Source: Scenedesmus sp. PABB004 (lineage: Eukaryota). Taken from it: a stretch of DNA of 64,000 bases. Where the stretch lies: positions 2,666,001 through 2,730,000 of the forward strand of contig CM026547.1 of assembly GCA_014905635.1 (NCBI GenBank), given 5' to 3'. Position 1 is the stretch's first letter, and every line of letters begins with the position of its first letter. Both the position numbers and the translations under genes were made by a program. Positions 23,219-33,090 of the stretch are shown piece by piece. Under the pieces are notes generated by a model. That model made no database searches. It saw nothing but the letters and a program-made list of their open reading frames with translations, and was not told the origin of the DNA.

Positions 23219-23262
23219 CGCGCTCCGCCGCCGCCACCCGCCCGCGCGCGGGCGCCCAGTGG

Positions 23263-24862
23263 TCATGCACAGCTGAACAGCCGCAGCGCGTGCAGCGTCG
23301 CCTGGAGTGTGCCCGCAAACACGGCGTCCACGCCCCACGCGGCCTCCAGCCCCGCCGCGCTGGCAGCGAGCGCCAGGGCGTCGGGGTGGCCCGCGACCTC
23401 GGCGGGCGGGCCCGCGAGCAGCTGCACCGCGCTCGCGCGCAGCTGGCAGCGCGCGTCGGCGGCCGCCGCCTGCACGCCCTCCACGCTGTCGGTGCTGGAC
23501 AGCGGCGGCGGCGCGCCGCGGCCATCAGCGCCGTCCACCAGCATCACGCCCTGGGTGCCCTGCGCGCGGTGGGCGTGCCCAGCTCGGGGGCCGCCGGGGC
23601 GGCAGCCGCGCGCGCTGGCGGAGCCGCGCGGCGGTGGCGCCGCGCGCACCTGGCGCTGCGCGACGAGCACGCGCCGCTCGCCGTGCGTCGCCTCGCGCGC
23701 AAACACGCGCGCCGCGTGCTCCGGCCCCGTGCGGCCGCCCGCCTCCCAGTCGGTCACCTCGCTCAGCCGCACCAGCGCGGCGCGCGGGCCGGCGCCGCGG
23801 TTCCAGCGGCTCGACGCCAGCAGGAAGGCGCCGCTGCGGCGCGCGGCGGGCGGCGGGCACGGGGCGGCGTTGTCGCGCCGGCCCCAGCCCCAGCTGGACG
23901 CGTGCGCGTGCGCGCGCGGGGCGCGGCGGGCTCACCCCAGCAGCGCGACGTCCGCGCACATCGCCGCCTCGGTGGCGCCGTCCTTCTCCGCCAGCCCCGC
24001 CGCAGCCGCCTGCGCTGCGGCCGGCGCGAGGCACAGCCCCGCCTGCCCGCACAGGGCCAGCAGCTGGTGTGGCGGCAGCGGCCGGCCCAGCAAGTGGGCC
24101 AGCTGCGGCAGCGCGGGGCCCAGCAGCGCGACCGTGCCGTGGCCCACGCGCAGCACGACGTCCGCGGCGGCAGTGCCGCCGCCGCCGGCAGCGCCGTCGG
24201 CGACGGCCGGCGCGGCCGGCAGCGCCGACAGTTGAATCGTGATGGTCGCCTCGGCGCCGCGGGGGCCGCCCGTGGGCCGCACGGTCCAGCCGCGGAATGG
24301 CACCAGCGCGGCGGCGTCGTGCAGCAGGGCGAGCACGCCGAGGCGCGTGCTGCTGAAGCTCAGCCGCCCGGTCGCCGCGTCGTACGAGACGCCGCTGCGC
24401 GCGCGCCGCGCGGCGCCGGCCGTTGGGGCGAGCGGGCGGCGGGTCGCGCGCGCGTGCCCCCCGCGCCCCGCGCGCCGCGCACCTCACGCCCTCCTCGCAC
24501 CACGCGCCACGCCGCTCGTCCCACCACCCCACGCGTGGCGCCGCCGGCACCAGCAGCTGCGCCGGCAGCGCGACGGTGAAGCCCAGCGGCGGCGGCGCCT
24601 CGTCGGGCACCCAGGTCGCCGACTCCGGTGGTGCAGGGTACGGCAGCGACTGCAGGGCGCGCGACTGCGGCGACACCTGTGCGGGGCGTGCGCCGGGCTG
24701 TCGACGGCTCGGCCCGCGCTCCCACTGGCTGGCCAGGCGCACGCACGCCCCGCCCCGCCGCACCAGGCGCACGCTCCAGCCGCGCCCGTGCTTGGCCGGC
24801 GCCGGCAGCGCCAGCAGGTCCACCTGCAGCACCCCGCCGAGCGGCTGAAGGCTGGCGCGGCG

Positions 24863-24893
<31 letters not shown>

Positions 24894-26372
24894 TCGCTGC
24901 CATCGCCGGCGCCGGCGCCGCCGTCGGCCTCGAGCTGGGCATGCGGCCGCCGCTGCGACAGCCACCGGCGGCGCCCGCGGGCGGGTCGGCGCCGCGGCGG
25001 CTGCGCGCCGGGCGCCGCGCGCGCTCGCCCGTGCTGCCCCCGCCGCCGCCGCGCCCGCCCGTGCCTGCACGCGCAGCGCCACGCTCGCGAGTGCGATTGC
25101 CTTTGGGATCTCCACGCCGACGCCGAGGCCGCCAAAGTCGACCGCCTTGAGCCGCGGGTTGCGGTGGCTGTTGACCCACACCCCCAGTGCATGCGCGCCC
25201 GCGCCCGCGTGCAGCAGCACGCCGCCCCTGCCGTCCGCGTGCTCGTCGGCGCACTGCGGCGCGGGCGCGGTCGCGGCCGTGGAGGCGCGTGGGGCACACG
25301 AGCCCCCATGTGGCGCTCGGGCGGCGGCAGCCGCGGCGCGCCGGCGCCAGCGCGCTCACCAGCAGCACAGCGGCCGTGGCTGCGTCGACGGTCCGCGCCG
25401 CCTCCTGGTGCAGCCGCGCGGCGTCGGCGCGCGCCTGCGCGCTGGCCGCGGCCGCCGCGTCCGTGGCGGCGCACGCCCGCACCAGCAGCAGCTCAGCGGG
25501 GCCGCCCAGCGGCAGCGGCGGCGCAGCGCCGGCGCCTGGCTCCGCGTGTGGGCCCGCCGCGAGTGCGGCGAGCGCGGCCAGCGCCGCGGCCGCCGCAGTC
25601 TCCTCTGCTGCCAGCGCCAGGCAGTCGTCCGCCAGCTGCACGCACGCCTGCGGCCGGCCGTGCCGCGGCGCGCCGTTCGCTGCGCGGCCGCGCGCCCGCG
25701 GGCCGCCGCGCGGCCGCCGTCCGCCGTCCGCCGCGCCCGCACCTCGCACTGCTGCAGCGCCTCCTCGAGCGAGAGATCGGCGCCGTCGGCGAGGGCGCCA
25801 AGGAAGGCGTTGATGTCTGGCCGGCTGCGCGGGTGGGGGAGCGGGCTGCAGCGCAGCGTGCGCTGCCAGTCCGCGCCGGCCGCCTCGGCCGCCGCCGCCG
25901 CCGCGCGCTCCGCCGCCAGCTCGTGCAGGTGGGGCGCGAGCTCCAGCCTGCGCGCGCGGGCGGCGCGCGCGCGGGCGCCGGCGGCCTGCGACGCCCGGCC
26001 GCCGACGCTGCAGCGCGCCGCGCCGCGCGGGCCCATGCCGCGCGCGGGGCCGCCGCCGCGCACCGCTCCGCCGCCAGCCGCGCGTCGCGCGCCGCCTCGA
26101 GGTCCTGCAGCAGCTGGCGCCGCCGCGCCTCAACCTGCTCCGCCACGAGACGGGCCTCCTCCTCCTGCCGCGCGCGCTCTGCGCGGCGGCGTACCGGCAG
26201 CGCGGCGCGTCGGCGGCAGGCTCGGCGCGTCGCCCGGCGCGGCGCCGCGCCGCCGGCGGCGCGGCGCGCCGCGGGCGCGCGCTGCCTCACCCGCCTCTGC
26301 CGCGCGCGCCGCCTCCTCCCGCGCCGCGCGCGCTGCGGCAATCTCCTCCTTGGTACGCTTCTTGGGAGCCAT
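23263..26372 (-). CDS. CASC1: CASC1 / DNAI7 (IC97/FAP94-like) inner-arm dynein-associated protein, multi-exon
   Basis: MAPKKRTKEE coiled coil; DWQRTLRCSPLPHPRSRPDINAFL; LGVWVNSHRNPRLKAVDF; PRVGWWDERRGAWCEEGV; LVPFRGWTVRP. Confidence 0.8.
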
Positions 26373-26797
26373 GCCCCCGGCCCCGCCGCAGGGCCTGCCG
26401 CGAGCCGCGCAGCGGGCGCACACAGCGAGCGGGCGCCGCCGACAGCGCTCGCGCGTGCCGCCGCGCGCCGCCGCGGGCTGATTCGCCGGTTCCCGCCGCG
26501 CTGCCGAGGCCAGACCCTGCCACCGCTGTTGCGGCAGCCCTGCAGCGGCAGCCCTGCAGCCCTGCGGCGGTTGACCGGCCGCCCGCTCGCCGCGCGTTCG
26601 GCGCCGGCAGGCCGCGCGGTTGGCCGAACGCTCCAGCGGCGCACTGCGCCCCGCCCAACGCCCCCCTGCCGCGCCCAGCGCCCCGCGGCGCGCTGCGACG
26701 CGCAGCAGCAGCGGCAGCGGACGCGCGGCGCGGCCGCCGCCGCAGCCGTCCGGCCGGAGCGGCGCAGCGTCAGGCCGGCTCCCCGCCCCCCGGCAGG

Positions 26798-29700
26798 ATG
26801 CGGTGCTCTCTGTCGCGGCCTGGGCGCGGGTCGAGCAGCGGGTGCGCGCCCGCGCGCTCTGGGGGCGCGCTGCTGCCCTGCGGCCGCGTCCTGACGATCG
26901 CCACGCCTGCAGGGCGCGATCCACCGTGCAGCGCCGCGCGCCGGCCAGGGTGCGTGCCGCGCCGCCGCCGCCGCTGCCGCGTGCAGCGCGAGGGCCGGCC
27001 CGCGCGCAGGCCTCCGCGGCGGCCGCAGCCGCGCCTCCAGCAGGCGGGGTGCCCCCCTGCAGCACGGCCTGGCAGGCCGGCGCCGTCGGCCGCGCGCGGC
27101 CGCACGGCGCCCGCCGCGGCCGGCGGCAACCGCCGCCGCGCGGCGCCGCGCCGCGCAGGGCGTGGTGGCGTGCCGCGCCGGCCAGCCCGGCGGCGGCGGC
27201 TGGCTGCAGGCGGCAGTGCAGCTGCTGCAGTCGGTGCTGGGGGGCGACGCCCAGGTGCGGCCCAGGCCGGTCGCGCGGGCTGCGGCCCGCGCGGCTACGC
27301 TAGCCGCCGCGCAGCGCTGCTGCCAGCAGCAGCCTCCACCGGCCGGCCGGCCGGCGCGCCCCCGCCGCGCAGGATCCGGCCAGGGCGGCGCCTGGCGGCA
27401 GCAAGGGCGCGCCGGCGGGCGTGATCTCTGTCCTGCCCGAGCAGGAGGAGGGCGAGGCGCTGTCTGAGGAGTACACCGAGGCGATGCAGGCGCGCATGGG
27501 CACGAGCCTGACCTACCGGCACGAGGACGGCATCAACTACAACTTTGTGCTGCCCGACCTCATCGTGGGCAGCTGCCTGCAGGGCCCCGCCGACGTCGAC
27601 CGCCTGGCGGCCGAGGCGGGCGTGACGACGGTGTTCAGCCTGCAGGAGGACTGCGACATGGAGTACTTTGGGATTGACGTCGCGGCCATCCAGGCGCGCT
27701 GCAAGGAGGTCGGCGTCGCGCACGTGCGCTTCCCGGTGCGCGACTTTGACCCCTTTGACCTGCGCCTCAAGCTGCCCAAGGCCGTCGCGCGCCTGGCCAA
27801 AGCGCACAACCCCCGCCACGGCGTGGCCTACATCCACTGCACCGCGGGTGCGGCTGCGGCGCTGCCGCCAGCCGGGCTGCGCGGGCCGCTGCACGCGCGC
27901 CGGCCGCTGGTGACGGCGACCAGGCCCCACCGCCGCCGCCGCCGTCGCTGCCGCCGCCGCCGCCTCTGTGGCCGCCGCCAGGCCTGGGCCGCGCGCCGGC
28001 GACCGCGCTGGCGTACATGTACTGGCTGCGCGGCTGGCAGCTGCCCGAGGCGCTGCAGGCGCTCACGTCGGTGCGCACGTGCAGCCCGCGCATCGAGTCC
28101 ATCCGCGCGGCCACGGCCGACCTGCTGACGGACAGCAAGCCCATGGACGTCACGGTCGGCATCCGGCGGCGCGGCACCGCCACCAAGGCGCAGGTGGGCC
28201 GGCGCAGCGCAGCCGCCGCCGGGGCGCGCCGCGGCGGGCAGCACGGCGGCTGCGGGAGGCCGCCAGCGGTCGCTGAGCGCAGCGCCCGCGCTGCCGCTGC
28301 ACGGCCGCGCCGGCGGCGCAGGTGGCGGGGCTGGACGTTGGGTGGCACACGCTGCTGGACCTGCGTGAGAACCCCGACACGCACCGCCTGGAGGTGACGC
28401 GGTCGCTGCTGCCTGGGAGCTATCCGTTCAAGTTCATCCTGGACGGCACGTGGTGCGCCAACCACGACTACCCGACCTACGCAGACGGCGCCAACACCAA
28501 CAACATACTCACCGTCCTGCCGCGCGATGCCGCCGACAACGCGCTGCGCGAGCGCCTGCTCGACCCCGCGGGTGCGCGCGCGCGGCGCCGACGGCGGCCA
28601 GCCGCCAGCTACCCATCTGCAGCCTGGCCAGGCCCGCCTGCAGCGTGCAGCACAGCTCGTTCTGAGCCCAGCCACCTGACGGCGCGGCTGCCCACACGCG
28701 TCCCGCAGGCGAGCTGCGCGAGGCTGAGCGCGAGCAGCTGGCGGGCGTGATCTCTGTCCTGCCCGAGCAGGAGGAGGGCGAGGCGCTGTCTGAGGAGTAC
28801 ACCGAGGCGATGCAGGCGCGCATGGGCACGAGCCTGACCTACCGGCACGAGGACGGCATCAACTACAACTTTGTGCTGCCCGACCTCATCGTGGGCAGCT
28901 GCCTGCAGGGCCCCGCCGACGTCGACCGCCTGGCGGCCGAGGCGGGCGTGACGACGGTGTTCAGCCTGCAGGAGGACTGCGACATGGAGTACTTTGGGAT
29001 TGACGTCGCGGCCATCCAGGCGCGCTGCAAGGAGGTCGGCGTCGCGCACGTGCGCTTCCCGGTGCGCGACTTTGACCCCTTTGACCTGCGCCTCAAGCTG
29101 CCCAAGGCCGTCGCGCGCCTGGCCAAAGCGCACAACCCCCGCCACGGCGTGGCCTACATCCACTGCACCGCGGGTGCGGCTGCGGCGCTGCCGCCAGCCG
29201 GGCTGCGCGGGCCGCTGCACGCGCGCCGGCCGCTGGTGACGGCGACCAGGCCCCACCGCCGCCGCCGCCGTCGCTGCCGCCGCCGCCGCCTCTGTGGCCG
29301 CCGCCAGGCCTGGGCCGCGCGCCGGCGACCGCGCTGGCGTACATGTACTGGCTGCGCGGCTGGCAGCTGCCCGAGGCGCTGCAGGCGCTCACGTCGGTGC
29401 GCACGTGCAGCCCGCGCATCGAGTCCATCCGCGCGGCCACGGCCGACCTGCTGACGGACAGCAAGCCCATGGACGTCACGGTCGGCATCCGGCGGCGCGG
29501 CACCGCCACCAAGGCGCAGGTGGGCCGGCGCAGCGCAGCCGCCGCCGGGGCGCGCCGCGGCGGGCAGCACGGCGGCTGCGGGAGGCCGCCAGCGGTCGCT
29601 GAGCGCAGCGCCCGTGCTGCCGCTGCACGGCCGCGCCGGCGGCGCGCAGGTGGCGGGGCTGGACGTTGGGTGGCACACGCTGCTGGACCTGCGTGAGAAC

Positions 29701-30187
29701 CCCGACACGCACCGCCTGGAGGTGACGCGGTCGCTGCTGCCTGGGAGCTATCCGTTCAAGTTCATCCTGGACGGCACGTGGTGCGCCAACCACGACTACC
29801 CGACCTACGCAGACGGCGCCAACACCAACAACATACTCACCGTCCTGCCGCGCGATGCCGCCGACAACGCGCTGCGCGAGCGCCTGCTCGACCCCGCGGG
29901 TGCGCGCGCGCGAGCGCAAGCGCGCGCGCGGCGCCGGCGGCCAGCCCGCCAGCCGCCGCTCTTGCTGCCGGCCCGCGCGCGCAGCAGCCCCGCTGACGTG
30001 TGGGTGACTGCCGCTGCACCCCGCAGGCAAGCTGCGGCCCGAGGAGCGCCTGCTGCTGTCCAACCACCTGTGCCCCTGGAGCACGCACGACGTGCGCCTG
30101 CACCTGCCCGGCGACGCGCCGGAGCCTGAGGAGCAGGCAGCGGCGCCCGTCGCCAGCGGGCGAGCAGGCGAGGAGGGCAGCAGCTGA
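26798..30187 (+). CDS. SEX4: SEX4-type glucan (starch) phosphatase with an in-frame tandem DSP+CBM unit and putative transit peptide
   Basis: YRHEDGINYNFVLPDLIVGSCLQ, VRDFDPFDLRLKLP, HCTAG|LGRAP (CX5R), VAGLDVGW..YPFKFILDGTW..NTNNILTV, each present twice; 5' exons less certain. Confidence 0.88.
27414..29912 (+). repeat. Tandem direct duplication, copies 27414-28584 and 28740-29912 (period 1326-1328)
   Basis: Near-identical including introns; only an intronic substitution and a 2-bp intronic indel noticed. Confidence 0.97.
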
Positions 30188-30212
30188 CGTGGGCGCGGCG
30201 GGGCGTGTATTC

Positions 30213-30217
30213 TGTAA
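30213..30217 (+). terminator. TGTAA polyadenylation signal (SEX4)
   Basis: About 25 nt after the stop. Confidence 0.7.
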
Positions 30218-30335
30218 ATCAAACGCCCGGGGGGCGTTTGCCAACACTGCGGCGGGGCCTGAGCTGCCTCCGGAGCGCAGCGCTCGGGGCCGGCGAGCGT
30301 TGCAACAGCGTGCCGCGCGCGCCCGCTGCCCGCGG

Positions 30336-32616
30336 CTACCGCGCCGCGCCGCCCGCTGTCAGCTCCGGCAGCGTCGCGCTGGCGGCGTTCATCTGAGTCA
30401 GCATGGCCGTCATGACGGCGTGCAGCTCGCGGCTCACCGGCACGCCGTCCTGCAGCGTCACGTTCTCCTCCCACGGCGGCGGCAGCGGGAATTGCGGCAC
30501 CTGCGCGGCCGGCCGGCGCGGGCGGGCGGCGGCGCTGCGCTCCCGGCCGCCGGGGCGTCGACGCGCGCGCGCGTGCCGCGCGCCGCGCGCCGCGCCGGGC
30601 CGCCACCGCGCCTTGAGCTCGTGCTCTTTGGCCGTCCAGTCGCGCTTGTCGAAGCGCCAAAACTCCTTGCCGCCCTTGTTGAAGAGCGCGCCCCAGGTGT
30701 AGTGCAGCATCGCGGCAGACCCCGCGGCCGCGTCGTGCGGCGGCTGCGCCAGCAGCAGGCTCGCGGGCGGCGCCGCGTGCGTGAGCGTCACGCCGTTCTT
30801 GTGCACCGACACGCACCACGCGTACATCTCGCGCACCCAGCCTGCCGTGCGCGGCGGGGCGCGCGCAGTGAGAGCGGCGCGGCGCGCAGGCGCCGCGCGG
30901 GCCGCGCTGGCCCTGGGCGCAGCCCTGCCCGCGCGCGCCCCGCGCCCCCGCCCGCGCACCGAGCACGCTGCGCGCGTTGGCGTTGCCCTCGATCCAGGCG
31001 GAGTAGGTCTCCCAGTCGGGCGCGACGCGCGCGAGCTCGCCCGGGCGCAGCAGCACCGGCGACGGCCCGCTGTGCGGCACGCGGGCCACGTCGCAGGAGG
31101 GGCACATCTCCGACACCACCGCCGCCGCGGCGGGGTAGGTGGGATCAATGTAGTCGTAGGTGAAGCCATACCCCGCCACCGCGACGTCGTGCGCGCTGCC
31201 CGGCAGCTGCGCGGCGCGCGGCGCGGCCGACGCGGGGCAGCGGCTGAGCGCGGCCGACCGGAGGCGTCGTGCGCGCTGCCCAGCAGCTGCCCAGCAGCTG
31301 CGGCGCGCGGCGCGGCGCGGCGCGGCGCGCGGCGCGCGCACGGTGAGGGGCTTCATCCAGACGTAGTCGCTCTCCAGCAGCAGCAGCCACGCGCCCTGCA
31401 CCAGCTCGGGGTGCTCCGCGGCGGCCATGAGCCACTGCACGACCGCGTTGGCGCGGTCCTTCACCGGGAACTCGCACCACGTGTCGCACGCCGGCTGCAG
31501 CGGGTACGCCCGGAACGTGGGGAACTGGCGGCGCGGCGCGGCGCGGCGGCGCGGATGGGGCGGCGTGCGTGCGCGGCCGGCCGGCCGCCGGCGCAGGCAT
31601 CGTCCACCCTGGGTCGCGTGCGCCGCGCACACCTCCCCGACGAGGTCGTCGTCGGTGGTACGGTGCATGATGCGCGTGAAGGCCTTGATGTTTGACCCCC
31701 CCGGCGCGGCCTGGATGAGGCGCATGCTCGCGACCCTGCGCGCCGGGCGCGGCGCGGCCCGCCAGCGCCGCGTCAGCGCACGCTTCCGCCGCCGCCGCCG
31801 CCGCCGCCGCCACCGCGGCGCCAGCGTCCGGCGCCGCGCGCGGCGGGGGAACCCTCCGCACGCACATGATGCGGGCCTGTATGTTTTGGTAGGGCGAGCC
31901 GTTTCCGGTCATGAGCGCGTGCACGCTGTCGCCCGGCAGCTCCGCGGCGCGCTTGGTCAGCGCCGCGCTGATGCGCGCCGCGTCGGCGGGCGTGAGCCCG
32001 GTCGCGTTGCTCGCGCTCCACATCACGCTGCCGCCCTTGCCGCCCCTGTGGAAGCGCGGCGCCCGCTGCGCCGCCTGCTGCGCCGCCGCCTGCGGCTGCG
32101 CCTGCGCCGCCGCCGCCTGCACCGCCGCCTGCACCTGCGCCGCGGCCGCGTCGTGCCCCGAGAAGCCGCCGCCGCCCGGCCCCGGCAGCCCGCCGCCGCC
32201 GCCGCCGCCGCCGCCGTCCGCGGCGGCGCCCGGCTGCGAGAAGTCGTGCAGAACCAGCTTGTACCCGAACGACGTCACCACCGGCTCCTGCTCCAGCGTC
32301 GCGCCGCCTGCGCGGCGCGGCGGGGGCGGGCGGCCGAGCGGCGGCGCGCTCGGCCGCTGCCGCGCCGCCTGCGTGCGCGCGCTCCCCGTCGTCGCCGCGC
32401 CGCTGCCGGGCGGCGCGCACCGCGCGTGTGCAGCGCCTCGATCAGCACCGCCCGCGTGCGGCGCTGGTGCAGGCTGCCCGCGAGCAGGCCGCAGAGCAGG
32501 CCCGCGAGCAGCGCCGCGCCCTGCAGCGACGACGCGCCGCCGACGCGCCGGCCCCACGCCGCCGCGCGGCGCGGCGGTGCGCCGCCGGCCGAGCCGAGCA
32601 GCCCCCTGGGCCCCAT
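30336..32616 (-). CDS. HPAT: Hydroxyproline O-arabinosyltransferase (GT95), type II membrane protein, multi-exon
   Basis: HALMTGNGSPYQNIQARIM, FTRIMHRTTDDDL, CEFPVKDRANAVVQW, LLLESDYVWMKP, GWVREMYAW, MLHYTWG..WRFDKR; N-terminal TM segment. Confidence 0.9.
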
Positions 32617-32799
32617 GCCCGCCGGCCGCCAGCGGCGGGCGGCCGCTGCCCGGCGCGCGCAGCAGCAGCGGTTGCGGCGGTTGCGTCGGCCGCTGCCGGC
32701 GCCGCCGGGAGCACTGCTGCCCCGGGGATGTGGCGGGCGCAGGAGACGGGCCGAGCGCGGACTCGTGGAGCGGTCGGGATCGGGCGGGGCAGCGAGATG

Positions 32800-32801
<2 letters not shown>

Positions 32802-32848
<47 letters not shown>
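32802..32848 (+). repeat. (CTG)n microsatellite in the HPAT/TCP11 divergent intergenic region
   Basis: About 15 perfect units. Confidence 0.95.
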
Positions 32849-32850
<2 letters not shown>

Positions 32851-33090
32851 GCTGCGGTGCAACTCGCCGCTATGTGTGCGACCAGTGGCACGGTGTGCAA
32901 GGCCATCGACGGCGGAAAACCAGCAGACTCGCCGCAGCAAGTGGTGTAACAAGTCGTCCCCTGGCTGCCGCCGCTCGCCCGAGCTACAGTTTTGTGCGCC
33001 CATCACACCGCGCCCGGCCCCCGCCCGCCTCGTGCCGCCTGTGCCGTGAGCGAGCTGCCTGCTGCCGCGCTTGCGCCCGGTGCGGCCGCG

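Noticed and set aside
32945..32949. TGTAA marking a hidden gene end
   Set aside because: Lies between two divergent starts with no supported + strand gene upstream
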